DNA from: a virus
Strand: one strand, 5' to 3'
DNA length: 64,000 nucleotides
IMG/VR virus record: IMGVR_UViG_3300045988_170943
Span: 356,241 to 420,240 of that record
The stretch's first letter is position 1; each line of letters starts with the position of its first letter. The notes under the pieces were generated by a model that saw only the letters and a program-made list of their open reading frames with translations, was not told the DNA's origin and made no database searches. Shown piece by piece: positions 28,184 through 38,409 of this stretch. Position numbers and translations under genes: made by a program.

Positions 28184-28909
28184 ATGGCTACACCAACAGG
28201 ACACAATGAGCCAGGCCGCCCACCAGCGAACAGGGTACGCCCCAGGATAAACGCTCCTCAGTCGGCGGGCGTGCCACTCATACGCCCTCGCCCAGTATCC
28301 ATCGGAGGCAACCTCAGGCCCTCAGATGGAGTGCCTGCCCGCACACAAGTCCCACAACGCGAATCTGCACCCAACCATACTCCAGCCGTGCGGCCTCCAC
28401 AAGCCGGAGACCAGCCACACGTACCCGTTGCACCTCGGGAACGTGCCCGCCGCAACCCCCGGCAAGAGCAAGCACCACAACATCCCAGGCCACGGAGATC
28501 AGTCAGTACCCCACCACGTAAGATACAGGAGCCCCACCAGCAGGCCGAAGATGACAGGTGGGTCGTTGACAAGAAGACCGGTGTCAAATACAAGGCTATG
28601 CACCAGACCACGGCAGCCGAGTTGAAGGATATGAAACGCGCCCTCAGGAACGGGATCCACGGCGTCTCAGATGCAGACATTCTCCCGCGCGAGGAAGAGT
28701 TCGAGGGTATTGACGCCTTCAGCGGTAGCGGCATGGACAAGGCGGCCAAGACACTCCTGGCCCACCTTCAGGTTCCCCCAAGCCAGGAGGAGATAGAGCG
28801 TATGCGCAAGGAGTACGCAGCCAGACAGAAGAAGGCCGCAGAGGAGTACAAGGATATACAGGGGCAGATCACCAAGACCCGTGGCGACGACGAGACCACG
28901 TACTTCTAA
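28184..28909 (+). CDS. hypothetical protein, Pro/Arg-rich N-terminus
   Basis: ORF only. No domain assignment. Confidence 0.4.
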   Translation: MATPTGHNEPGRPPANRVRPRINAPQSAGVPLIRPRPVSIGGNLRPSDGVPARTQVPQRESAPNHTPAVRPPQAGDQPHVPVAPRERARRNPRQEQAPQHPRPRRSVSTPPRKIQEPHQQAEDDRWVVDKKTGVKYKAMHQTTAAELKDMKRALRNGIHGVSDADILPREEEFEGIDAFSGSGMDKAAKTLLAHLQVPPSQEEIERMRKEYAARQKKAAEEYKDIQGQITKTRGDDETTYF

Positions 28910-29010
28910 ACCTCCCCCAGGTATAGAAACAAACCAAAGACCACTAAACACTACCACAGGGCACTCGGCGACACTTTGCGCCCTGAAACAAGACAACGGG
29001 AGATAAACCA

Positions 29011-29205
29011 GTGCTAAAGTTCATTGGCAAGATGTTCATAGGTGGAATCATCATTGGTGTTCTCCTAGCCATCCTCAGTTTCTTCGACTATAACCCACTC
29101 GCCCTCCTCGGCTGGATCTGGAACAGCATCATCGTGCCGTTCGTCACATGGGTCGCTAACCTGACCCGCAACACAGACTGGATTCGTGAGATCTTCCAGA
29201 GATAG
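29011..29205 (+). CDS. small membrane protein (64 aa, GTG start)
   Basis: Two hydrophobic helices. RBS gggag. Confidence 0.4.
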   Translation: MLKFIGKMFIGGIIIGVLLAILSFFDYNPLALLGWIWNSIIVPFVTWVANLTRNTDWIREIFQR

Positions 29206-29353
29206 AGCACCCTAACCACAACCCCTGTACGCATCCGCCTTTCGGCCTGTTCTCAACGATCTTCTGAGGGCAGGCCGACATGCTTCATGATAGAATATGT
29301 GCGAGAGCAAGAACATCAAGGGCAGCAAGCCCACGCGCACCGAGGAGCCGCAC

Positions 29354-30328
29354 ATGAGCGACCAACTCTTCACCAAAGCCCCCTTCATCAGCCATGACGG
29401 CCCGGACGCCCAAGGGGTGCGGGCGGAGGTCAAAGTATATACTGGGCACTCAACCATCAAGGAGTTCGAGGACGGGGAGAAGAGTCTCAAGATCAGTTTC
29501 CTGAACCCGAAGTCCAAGTACCTGACTAACGGGTACCTGTGGAAGCGAGACGAGAAACTAGTCGAGATATTTCAGCGGGCACAGCAAGATGAGACCCCGC
29601 TGTGGTTCCGTATCGAGCAGCCAAGGAAGGACGGAATTGACCGGTCTACCCCTATCTCCGAACTTCTCCCGCCAGGAGACACTAAGGCCGCCCGCGATAA
29701 CTCTCACCGTCGTGTCGCCGCACTGAAGATCAACGAGGGTGACGAATGGACGTTCAGTTCTATGGCTCTAACAAACCCGGCCGAAGATCCAGTGGTGGAC
29801 GGAGTATACAGTGCTCTGAACTACACACCCCCTGCCTCAACTTCCGCTCCAGCAGCCAGCGACCGGTATGCGTCACAACGTCTTGAGAACCCCCCATATA
29901 TGACGCTCAACCCGGACGGTACGATCAACCCTGGCGGCCCGCTCGTTGCGTCACTACTGAGTCTCGCTAACTTCTTGTTCGAGTGGAACCGCGATCATGA
30001 CGACATATCCTTAAACGAGGGTCAGGTCCGGTATTTGTCCTGCAAGATGCTTGAAATTGCGAATAGATTGCAACTGATGATCTACCGTGGCGCGATGGTC
30101 AAGCCAGACTACTCAATCGGATCCCACACGCGCGCTAAAGCAGCCATTTACGACACAATCCGTAACTACCATCCGATCACAGCAGAGTCCCTGAAAAGCA
30201 AGGATTCGGTTGCTGAGTGGCTACAAAATGTTGAGGAAACAGCAGGAGAATGTTTCGTCTGGGCTATGAGTATGGCTGAGACGTTCCACCCCAACGCCAG
30301 CCATAGCGAAAGCCGCAGCGAGTTGTAA
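29354..30328 (+). CDS. hypothetical protein
   Basis: ORF with RBS gaggag. Start taken at MSDQLF. No recognisable motifs. Confidence 0.5.
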   Translation: MSDQLFTKAPFISHDGPDAQGVRAEVKVYTGHSTIKEFEDGEKSLKISFLNPKSKYLTNGYLWKRDEKLVEIFQRAQQDETPLWFRIEQPRKDGIDRSTPISELLPPGDTKAARDNSHRRVAALKINEGDEWTFSSMALTNPAEDPVVDGVYSALNYTPPASTSAPAASDRYASQRLENPPYMTLNPDGTINPGGPLVASLLSLANFLFEWNRDHDDISLNEGQVRYLSCKMLEIANRLQLMIYRGAMVKPDYSIGSHTRAKAAIYDTIRNYHPITAESLKSKDSVAEWLQNVEETAGECFVWAMSMAETFHPNASHSESRSEL

Positions 30329-30484
30329 ACGTTATCAACTCGGGGCGCCCCAGAAAGTTTTATCGGACTTTCTGGGGCGCTCTTAGTTTTGCCGTAAAAC
30401 GCCCGATATTGGCAGGCGACTTTACTGGCACAACTGATGACGATATAGAAAACCGCGGCATCAGAACGTTTCTAGGTGATGTAA

Positions 30485-30787
30485 ATGACATTCGTTGACA
30501 ACATTCGTACCGTCTTCTCTGCTGATGTTGCGGACGATCCAGATCGTGGTGACTTGGTTCAGACAATCATCATCACGGCAGGTTTCGCTCTTGCTGGATA
30601 CCTGATGATTAGCTGGATTTCAACCGCTATCCTCAACAAGGGTGCAGACATTGCCTCCTGTATCGAGGGCTCCAGTTCGTCGGCTGGCGCTAAGGCTAAC
30701 AGTGCCGCTTGCGCTAAGAACCACGCATCCGAGAAGTCGAACTCCTTCAGTAAGTCTGACGGTTACAAGGGCCGCTACGGGAACTGA
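30485..30787 (+). CDS. Flp/TadE-type prepilin-like protein
   Basis: 27-aa polar leader ending DPDRG, followed by hydrophobic TIIITAGFALAGYLMISWI, then a Ser/Ala/Lys-rich tail. First gene of the Tad-like module and followed by a strong terminator. Confidence 0.4.
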   Translation: MTFVDNIRTVFSADVADDPDRGDLVQTIIITAGFALAGYLMISWISTAILNKGADIASCIEGSSSSAGAKANSAACAKNHASEKSNSFSKSDGYKGRYGN

Positions 30788-30806
30788 CCTAAGCGAACCC
30801 GAACTC

Positions 30807-30858
30807 ATCGACTACACAAGAGGGGCACCTGGTTGGTTTTACTGCCACCAGGTGCCCC
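30807..30858 (+). terminator. rho-independent terminator after the pilin-like gene
   Basis: 16-bp stem aagaggggcacctggt / accaggtgcccctctt. Confidence 0.6.
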
Positions 30859-30998
30859 TCTTGTTGCAGCAACCTCTCAATAAACACTGTGTCAGCACAC
30901 CTTCAAAGCACATTAAACAACCAGATATAGAAATAGCCCCTGGGTTTTCGCTGATATTCCGCCGGTATTCCTGATGTTTTCGCAAGTAGAGGACCGGC

Positions 30999-31907
30999 AT
31001 GAACATAGATAATCCAGTGACGCTATCTGTCCTGTTCACACTTTTTGTCGGCCTCATCGTGTATGACCGTCTCATCCCTAAATCAGGTAGACGGTTCTCT
31101 GACGGCACTGGTGACGCTTCCAGGCGCAATCCCTTCCTGAAGTTCGTCACTGCTATGGGTGACGACATCTACGCGGCCATGCCAGCCTCTCTTGACAAGG
31201 GAAGGGAACAGAGACAGTACCCCAGGATCGAGTCGCTACTGAAACGATCCGGCAACCCGTGGGGGCTGACCCCCAGGGAGTTCGTGTCACTGAAGTTCGT
31301 TGCCGGAATCCTCGGGTTTGTCATCAGTTGGCCACTATGGCTGGGACTGAACGCCATGACCGGACTCCCATGGTGGGTCGTCGTCATTGTCGTACCAGCG
31401 TTCTGCTACATGATCCCCACCATCAAGCACACTGAACTGGCGAAGACACGAGACCTGGAGTTCAAACGACAGTTGCCAGAGGCCCTGGACCTCATCACCA
31501 TTACCCTGTCCGGTGGTAGTACTCTATCCCAGGCAATCCGTGACGTCATCCCCACTATGCAGAAAGGTATCCTCAAGGGTGAGTTCATCAACATGGTGCG
31601 TATCATGGACGCTGGAGGTACACTCAAGGAGGCTCTAGACGAGTTCGCCAACCGCGCCCCCAGTGATGGGATCCTGACATTCGTGCGTTCCGTCCAGTCG
31701 GCCGCCGAGGTCAACGCGCCCATGAACGAGATTCTTGAGGCCCGAGCCGAGGCGTCTAGGCAGGAGTTCTTCGCCCTCGTGCATGAGAAGGCAGCCCAGT
31801 TGGAGTCCAAGATCTGGATCATCCTGTCGCCAACCATGCTACCGGCCCTCATCATCATCTCTGTGGCCCCGTCCGTCAACGCTATCATCGAGATGCTAGG
31901 ACAGTAA
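30999..31907 (+). CDS. tadB: TadB/TadC-family inner-membrane platform protein (T2SS-F domain)
   Basis: LPEALDLITITLSGGSTLSQAIRDV, LDEFANRAPSDGILTFVRSVQSA, flanking TM helices. Confidence 0.7.
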   Translation: MNIDNPVTLSVLFTLFVGLIVYDRLIPKSGRRFSDGTGDASRRNPFLKFVTAMGDDIYAAMPASLDKGREQRQYPRIESLLKRSGNPWGLTPREFVSLKFVAGILGFVISWPLWLGLNAMTGLPWWVVVIVVPAFCYMIPTIKHTELAKTRDLEFKRQLPEALDLITITLSGGSTLSQAIRDVIPTMQKGILKGEFINMVRIMDAGGTLKEALDEFANRAPSDGILTFVRSVQSAAEVNAPMNEILEARAEASRQEFFALVHEKAAQLESKIWIILSPTMLPALIIISVAPSVNAIIEMLGQ

Positions 31908-31976
31908 GACACCACGCCAACCCCACAAAGACTGCAACAACCAGCACAAGGCTACACCACTACCACAGGAGCCCAG

Positions 31977-33695
31977 TTGTCACTCATCAGCACACCACTC
32001 ACCAGCACCAGCAGGCCGGATGCTGGGCGAGCCTCCATGCCTGGCCGACAGCGCATCACCCGCCCCACAGGAATGGGCCCAAAGCCAGCATTCTTCGCCC
32101 AATCTTCAGCGGACATGGCAGACGCCAGCGACCGCATGTTCAGTGACCTCATAGCCGACGACGAACTCACCACCAGCCACAACCCCACACAGTACACGAC
32201 CGGCAACGACCCATACTCCCGCACTCTGGACGCATTTGACAACCGACGCAAGCAAATCATCCAGGAAGACCCCTCAGGCGGCATCAAGACCTACTGGTTC
32301 ATGACAACACGCGACCTCATGGACGCCCCAGCAGACTTCTTTGACAAGTATGCGCCAGCAGTCGAGGCCGGGATCACATTCGTGCGCAACCGACTCACCG
32401 ACACCGGCCAGTCCGACCTCGTGAGACAGGCACAGGACCACCCCACAGACGAGAGCAAACAGAACCAAGCATTCTACGCAGTGCACTCGCTCGCCTCCGA
32501 GTCCCTGGCGAACTCCTCCTGGAGAAACATCCACCGGTCCATCGTCATCAGCCTCATCATCGCAGAAGTCATCGGTTTCGGTGTCCTTGACCCACTATGG
32601 CGCGACAGCACAGTCACCGAGATCATGTGCAACGGCCCCAAGGACGTGCAGGTCGAGATCGCCGGTGAGGTCTACAAGGTGCCCTGCCTGACATTCCGGG
32701 ACAGCAACCACCTCAACGACCTCATTGAACGCCTGTACCGCTCCATTGGTAAAGTCCTGTCCCAGTCCACCCCTAGAGTCAAGGGGCGCCTACACGACAA
32801 GTCCAGAATGTTCGCCGTCCACACATCAGTAGCCCCCGACGGCCCGAACCTCAACATCAGGCGACACCCCGAAGGTTTCTGGACCCCTGAGGCCATGGTG
32901 CATCGCGGGGCGGCCAGCCAGGAAATGATGACCTACATTGGGAACCTCATCCACAAGGGCGCATCCTGTTTCGTCGTCGGATCCACGTCGTCCGGTAAGA
33001 CATCCATGTTGAACGCCTTCACCGGGTTCTACGCACCGAACGCCAGGATCCTCACCCTTGAGGACAACCTGGAGATGAAACCCAACCCGAAAAAGTTCCT
33101 CGCTGCCGCCATGGAATGCCGTATCCCCAGCACGACAGACAGTGCGACAGCAGGAACCAGCATGCGTGACCTCGTGCACGCAGCCATGCAGATGCGACCC
33201 AACGCCATCATCGTGGGTGAGGTCACTGACAGCGCCGCCTATGACCTCTGCCAAGCCCTCAACACCGGCCACATGGGCATGAGCACGTTCCACGCTAACT
33301 CATCCCAACTATCCATCACCCGTATCTGCTCTCTCGTATCCCAGTCCGGCCTAACCACCATCGAGGGAGCCACAGACCTCGTTGCGGCCGCCTTCGACTT
33401 CATCGTCAACGTCCGCCACTTCCCTGTGGACGGCTCCCGCCGCATCGTATCCGTCGATGAGGTCGGTATGGAACCCATCGAGATCAACGGCCGCCTCACC
33501 CTCCCAGTACGCCAGTTGTGGAGGTTCGTTGACGAAGGCACCAACCACGAAGGGAAAGTCACAGGCCACTGGGAGCAGGTTGGAGACATCTCCCCTGAGC
33601 GCAGACACGCGAAGATGCTTGACCTGGAACGGGACCTGACATGGCCACAGTTGAAGGACCTGAGCAGCCTACCTGAAGGAGCACTAGAAGCATGA
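31977..33695 (+). CDS. tadA: CpaF/TadA-type secretion ATPase (T2SS-E/VirB11 family)
   Basis: Walker A GSTSSGKTS, Asp box, IIVGEVTDSAAYDLCQALNTGHMGMSTFHANS (His box). Confidence 0.8.
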   Translation: MSLISTPLTSTSRPDAGRASMPGRQRITRPTGMGPKPAFFAQSSADMADASDRMFSDLIADDELTTSHNPTQYTTGNDPYSRTLDAFDNRRKQIIQEDPSGGIKTYWFMTTRDLMDAPADFFDKYAPAVEAGITFVRNRLTDTGQSDLVRQAQDHPTDESKQNQAFYAVHSLASESLANSSWRNIHRSIVISLIIAEVIGFGVLDPLWRDSTVTEIMCNGPKDVQVEIAGEVYKVPCLTFRDSNHLNDLIERLYRSIGKVLSQSTPRVKGRLHDKSRMFAVHTSVAPDGPNLNIRRHPEGFWTPEAMVHRGAASQEMMTYIGNLIHKGASCFVVGSTSSGKTSMLNAFTGFYAPNARILTLEDNLEMKPNPKKFLAAAMECRIPSTTDSATAGTSMRDLVHAAMQMRPNAIIVGEVTDSAAYDLCQALNTGHMGMSTFHANSSQLSITRICSLVSQSGLTTIEGATDLVAAAFDFIVNVRHFPVDGSRRIVSVDEVGMEPIEINGRLTLPVRQLWRFVDEGTNHEGKVTGHWEQVGDISPERRHAKMLDLERDLTWPQLKDLSSLPEGALEA

Positions 33696-34651
33696 CCATC
33701 TCAACTATCTTCCCCTACCTGGTGGCGTTGGGCCTGACCACCTCCATCGGCATCATCGGGCTCATCGTCTATCTCGTGTGGCGCACCAGCCACAACGATG
33801 AAGAGTACGACTCCCAGTTGGCTGAACTTCTCAGCGACGACGTGGAAAGCGAACTGGGCAACTCCTCCACGAACGTCACCTACTGGTCCAGATGGTGTGA
33901 CTACTGGTCCCAGACGCTCCGTGGTGCGGGCGTGGACCGGTACTCCGTTGACGCCACCACAGCGGGCCGAGATGTCACCGTACTTCTGGCTACGATTGGT
34001 GTGATTGTCGGCGTCATCGCCAACAACATAATCCTGGGGGTGATCGCCACCGTCGTGGCTGGTACGGGGCTCTCCATGCTCATGAGGTACCGCTACAACA
34101 ACAAGAACGAGGATCTGAACTTGCAGATCCCTGGGTTCCTGTACTCCCTGAAGGCAAACATCCAGGCTGCGGACACGAACGAGCGGGCACTGCTGAAAAT
34201 CATCCCGTCCATCCCTTCCCCCTTGTATGATGACCTGAAGGTTGCTGAGTCAGTTCTCCAGTCTGGTGACACGTTCAAGGAGGCGATGGAGACAATGAGC
34301 GCGAAAACCACGTCCAGGGATCTTCAGTTCCTCTGCGCGTGCATGATCCAGGCGTCCGCCAGCGGCTCTAGCATGGTCACCCAGATTGACAGCATCCAAA
34401 GGGTCCTTGAATCTCGTCGTAAAGTATCCGATGAGATCAACCGGTCTGTGAAAGCGGTACAGCCAGCCATCTGGCTCGCCTCCGTCATTATCCCAGCCCT
34501 GTTCCTGGGCTCTTACTTCAGTGACTCTGCCGCACAGGGTTTCTGGTTCGTAACCCCCATGTCATGGGCGGCGCTAGCCTTAACGGCCATCCTGTACGCT
34601 ATTGGCCTGGTGATGACGAAGCGGCAGGTTGACAAGATCAGAAACATGTGA
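33692..34651 (+). CDS. tadC: TadC/TadB-family platform protein (T2SS-F domain)
   Basis: N-terminal TM, KEAMETMSAKTTSRDLQFLCACMIQASASGSS, C-terminal TM pair. Start overlaps the upstream stop. Confidence 0.7.
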   Translation: MTISTIFPYLVALGLTTSIGIIGLIVYLVWRTSHNDEEYDSQLAELLSDDVESELGNSSTNVTYWSRWCDYWSQTLRGAGVDRYSVDATTAGRDVTVLLATIGVIVGVIANNIILGVIATVVAGTGLSMLMRYRYNNKNEDLNLQIPGFLYSLKANIQAADTNERALLKIIPSIPSPLYDDLKVAESVLQSGDTFKEAMETMSAKTTSRDLQFLCACMIQASASGSSMVTQIDSIQRVLESRRKVSDEINRSVKAVQPAIWLASVIIPALFLGSYFSDSAAQGFWFVTPMSWAALALTAILYAIGLVMTKRQVDKIRNM

Positions 34652-34846
34652 CCTACCCCCAGCCATCAACATGTGTTGAACCTGAGTGGTTAATACAAAC
34701 ACCTCAGCCGTTGCTCTTACAGACAAGGCTGGGGTGTTTCTGTTGCCTCTTTGTAGGCAGAATAAGGGCGTCGATATGTGTGCGCACGACATCACGTGCA
34801 CAACTCTACAGACATGCGAACTTCACACTAAAGAACGGACACAACT

Positions 34847-35464
34847 ATGACAACAGGTGTTGGCAAAAACAGGGTAGGGACCCACAGGAGACTGGAGTTC
34901 ACCGTGGGACAGAAAAGCATCTTCAACACCAACATGAACATCAAGCACTACATGCAGAAAGCAAAACTGGTTGACACTATCCGCGCCATGGGAGCCAAAG
35001 CCGGTGCAGAAGCACACCCAGACAGAGAGACGGTAGAAGCCAGGCTTGATGCGTTACGACAGGAGCGACGCCTCGCTGCACGTAAGACCAGCACCATGAA
35101 GAAAATGATGAAACGAGGCGCCAGTCAGGAGGAGATCGACAAGGAGATGCAGGAGATTACCGAGTCCCTGTCGCCCTCCAAGCCCAGTAGTCGCATCCAG
35201 GCAACCCCACTATTCACCACATTCAAGATAACCATGACCGTCCACCCGCCGACACGCAGACGACTGGACCCACCCAACCTGTCCCCCACCCTCAAAGCCC
35301 TCGTAGACGGGCTCACAGACGCCTGCTGGTGGGACGACGACGACTACCGGCACCTTGTTGAGACCTCATTCCGTTACGGCGGCCTATCTGGTACCCCCGG
35401 AGAGTGGAGAATCGTCCTGGACGTGGAAGAAGTAGACCCCAGCGGATACGTCACCAGCAACTAG
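34847..35464 (+). CDS. RusA-like Holliday-junction resolvase domain protein with N-terminal extension
   Basis: RRRLDPPNLSPTLKALVDGLTDACWWDDDDYRHL matches the RusA D-x-D-N-x-x-K / DDD pattern. Confidence 0.5.
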   Translation: MTTGVGKNRVGTHRRLEFTVGQKSIFNTNMNIKHYMQKAKLVDTIRAMGAKAGAEAHPDRETVEARLDALRQERRLAARKTSTMKKMMKRGASQEEIDKEMQEITESLSPSKPSSRIQATPLFTTFKITMTVHPPTRRRLDPPNLSPTLKALVDGLTDACWWDDDDYRHLVETSFRYGGLSGTPGEWRIVLDVEEVDPSGYVTSN

Positions 35465-35617
35465 AGTCAAAACACCTACCCCAAGAAACAGGGATGCAAC
35501 CCACCCACACTTCCAAGGCAGGGGATAGATTATCGACTGCTGCCAGACGGAAGGATATTGAAAACCTATGAGAAACTACCACGATTCGCTTACTAGATGT
35601 GACGAAAGAAGGTCGCC

Positions 35618-36073
35618 ATGGGTGGAATAGTCGTCGCAAACTTCACGAACATGTTCAAGCGACGCATCCTTCTGTACTCGCTCGGTGATCTTAGGCTCAA
35701 CGCCCCCATATCCCTGAAGAAGGTCGGATACATCATCTTCTTCATTGTCATATACACGGCACCCATCATCTACTTCAACGGGATCGTGCTCAAACCATGG
35801 TTCCTGTTACTAGTGTTTGTGCCGCCGCTCCTCCTAGGTAACTACGCGGCCGAACCGATCTGGGCAGGAAGAAACCTCCTGGACTTCACCACAGTGTACA
35901 TAAAGTTCGCCACCTCCCCAAAGTACTGGTGCGACCTGAAAGCATGCGACGACCTCATGGTCAACCAGAAGGACAAGAGTGGTACCAGTGAGCCAGTCCA
36001 CTACGAGATCTGGGTAAGCCGACGTCGCGAGATCGCTGAACTGAAAGCACTCTACGCCGAAGAGAACCTGTAA
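35618..36073 (+). CDS. membrane protein, hypothetical
   Basis: Two to three TM helices. Confidence 0.45.
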   Translation: MGGIVVANFTNMFKRRILLYSLGDLRLNAPISLKKVGYIIFFIVIYTAPIIYFNGIVLKPWFLLLVFVPPLLLGNYAAEPIWAGRNLLDFTTVYIKFATSPKYWCDLKACDDLMVNQKDKSGTSEPVHYEIWVSRRREIAELKALYAEENL

Positions 36074-36140
36074 TAGCCTCCAGGGGTCTCAAAACTTTCA
36101 TCGCACACTACCACACTGACTGCATGGAGCAAACACTTAC

Positions 36141-37346
36141 ATGGCATACAAGTATAACTCATCACTGTTTCTGGGCGAGACGCTTGGGGGAAAACCCAGC
36201 CCAGTGTTCTTCGATCCGCACACATGCATCCTGAATAACCGACCGCCCACGACAGTCATCACAGGCGGCCCTGGCTCCGGAAAGACCTACATGCTGTTGA
36301 ACCTGGTGGCCCAGTCTGCCATCCTCGGCAAGGCGTGCGTCTTTTTGGACCCTAAAGGTGACGCCCTCGGTCTTCAGGCGCTTTCCAAGGATCTCGGCAA
36401 CCTGAAGTTCTGGAACCTCGCCGGACGAGGACAGAAAGGCATCCTAGACCCGTTCCAGATGCCCATTGATCATGAGAGCCAGCGGCTCGAACTCATCATC
36501 AATACTGTGGAGATGTTCGTCGGAAACATCACTGAAGACCAGAGAACAAGGCTCGGAGCCATCGTTGAAGACGTCATGCGCGAGCAGGTACCATCCCTGC
36601 TGCGTGTCGTTGAAGTCATGATCATGCACCGAGAGAGAGACGTCCGTAACCTTGGGAACCGGCTGAGCCTGATCTCAAAGATGAAGTTCGCCAACTTGTG
36701 CTTCGCCCCTGGCCGTAAGGGATTCAAGCCGCTCAGCCTGGACAGTGGTGTCACCATCGTCACCATGCCCGGCCTGAAACTCACAGTAGACAGCAAGGAC
36801 GGCATGTCGGGTGAGGAGCGAATCTCAGCCACCATATTCTTCCTTCTGACCAGCATGATCAACGGGATGCTCTACTCCTCTGACGTGTCTATGCGCAAGA
36901 TCCTGATCATCGACGAGGCGTGGGCAATCGCTGGTAACTCTGCTGGGTCCAAGGTCATTAAGGCGGTAGCAAAACTGGGGCGATCCAAGAACATGGCTGT
37001 CATACTCGCCAGCCAGAACCAGAGTGACCTCATGGGGGAGGACATTGATACCACCATATCCACACGATTCGCGTTCGCTACCGACTACAAGGAGGCCGCG
37101 AACATCACAAAGGCTATGCGACTCCCCACAGGGCAAGGGTTCGAACAAATCCTGACCTCTCTGAGCCCGGGCGAGTGCCTGATGGAGGAGAGTACCAGCG
37201 ATGATGGGCGCAGTCGTTACTCCACAATGAAAGCCGTTGTCATCTCCCCCAGGTGGGACGAGGCTTTCAGAACCAACCCTGAAGACGTGCGCGCAAGAGA
37301 AAAGAAGAGACGCAAACAGGCGGCAGCAAAAAAGAATCCTACCTAA
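36141..37346 (+). CDS. VirB4/TraG (AAA_10)-like P-loop ATPase
   Basis: Walker A TVITGGPGSGKTYML, Walker B KILIIDEAWAIAG, ILASQNQSDL, basic C-terminal tail. Confidence 0.6.
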   Translation: MAYKYNSSLFLGETLGGKPSPVFFDPHTCILNNRPPTTVITGGPGSGKTYMLLNLVAQSAILGKACVFLDPKGDALGLQALSKDLGNLKFWNLAGRGQKGILDPFQMPIDHESQRLELIINTVEMFVGNITEDQRTRLGAIVEDVMREQVPSLLRVVEVMIMHRERDVRNLGNRLSLISKMKFANLCFAPGRKGFKPLSLDSGVTIVTMPGLKLTVDSKDGMSGEERISATIFFLLTSMINGMLYSSDVSMRKILIIDEAWAIAGNSAGSKVIKAVAKLGRSKNMAVILASQNQSDLMGEDIDTTISTRFAFATDYKEAANITKAMRLPTGQGFEQILTSLSPGECLMEESTSDDGRSRYSTMKAVVISPRWDEAFRTNPEDVRAREKKRRKQAAAKKNPT

Positions 37347-37367
37347 AAATAGGATCGACATAACTGC

Positions 37368-37408
37368 TACACAATCCTGAGGAATCCCCGATATTCCTCA
37401 GGATTTTA
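37368..37408 (+). terminator. rho-independent terminator
   Basis: Stem aatcctgaggaat/attcctcaggatt followed by ttatttcg. Confidence 0.65.
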
Positions 37409-37437
37409 TTTCGCCTGACACAGAAGGAAGCGCCCCG

Positions 37438-38283
37438 ATGGCCGCAATCAGCAAAGTGAACAGAAGGAAGAAGACTAACCGTTTTCTCACTGGAATGGTA
37501 GTCGTCGTACTAGCGCTCATACTGGTCGGCTCATCCATGATCATGCGTAAGTTCTTCGAGACAGAAACCTACTACACGTTGAAACAGGACATCCCAGCAC
37601 ACACCCAGATCACCCCGGACATGCTGGAGCCAAAACAAGCACCCACCGGGTCTATCCCCTTCGAAAATTTAGTCACCCTCGCAAAAGTCCAATCAGACGA
37701 CCCTAAGGATGCAGTATTCTCCTCAGTTGCCCTCAAGGCCGGGGACATGGTGCCAAATTCAGTCGTTACCACCGGAAGTGAAGACCTCAAAAAGCAAATC
37801 CCTGAGGGCTGGGTCATCACCAACTTCAGTGTCAGCGCAGACAACGCCGTCGGCGGGCGCATCAAGAACGGTTCATACTTTGACATCCTTGTCGCCACAT
37901 CAGATGGCGCATTCTACCCGTTCCTCAACGTGAAGGCCCTCGACACCACTGTTGACCTGTCCAACGCCTCCTCATCTGACGCTGTTGATACTGAGGAGGC
38001 GCACGCCGGGCAGACCACGCAGTACACGGTTGGGCTCACACCGGAGAACGCATCCAAACTCCAGTCCATCATGAGCCAGTACAACGGCAACGTCAAACTG
38101 GTTCTGTCCAATGGTGTCAGCGACCCTGCCACTCACCAGCCGACAGGATCATTCGCCGGTAACGCCCCCGCCCCACTGTCAGTCAGCCCTGACACCGACA
38201 ATGGCGGCCAGGCCCCAGCATCCCAGCAGCAGGAAAAGCCCTCCGCGTCAGGGAATCAAGACCAGCGGGCCGAGAACAAGTAA
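37438..38283 (+). CDS. cpaB: CpaB/RcpC-like Flp pilus assembly protein (SAF domain)
   Basis: N-terminal TM anchor, SAF-like LKAGDMV, AVGGRIKNGSYFDILVA, Ser/Gln-rich tail. Confidence 0.6.
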   Translation: MAAISKVNRRKKTNRFLTGMVVVVLALILVGSSMIMRKFFETETYYTLKQDIPAHTQITPDMLEPKQAPTGSIPFENLVTLAKVQSDDPKDAVFSSVALKAGDMVPNSVVTTGSEDLKKQIPEGWVITNFSVSADNAVGGRIKNGSYFDILVATSDGAFYPFLNVKALDTTVDLSNASSSDAVDTEEAHAGQTTQYTVGLTPENASKLQSIMSQYNGNVKLVLSNGVSDPATHQPTGSFAGNAPAPLSVSPDTDNGGQAPASQQQEKPSASGNQDQRAENK

Positions 38284-38308
38284 CTAGGGATCTCCTGAGT
38301 CGATATAG

Positions 38309-38355
38309 TAAGGGTACCGAAAGTTGCAAAACAATCGGTACCCTTACACTTTTCT
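38309..38355 (+). terminator. rho-independent terminator
   Basis: Stem taagggtaccga/tcggtaccctta followed by cacttttct. Confidence 0.6.
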
Positions 38356-38409
38356 ACCACCAAATGTCAACACCCCAATAGTGTTGATCGTTGAAAGCAA
38401 GGGATACTA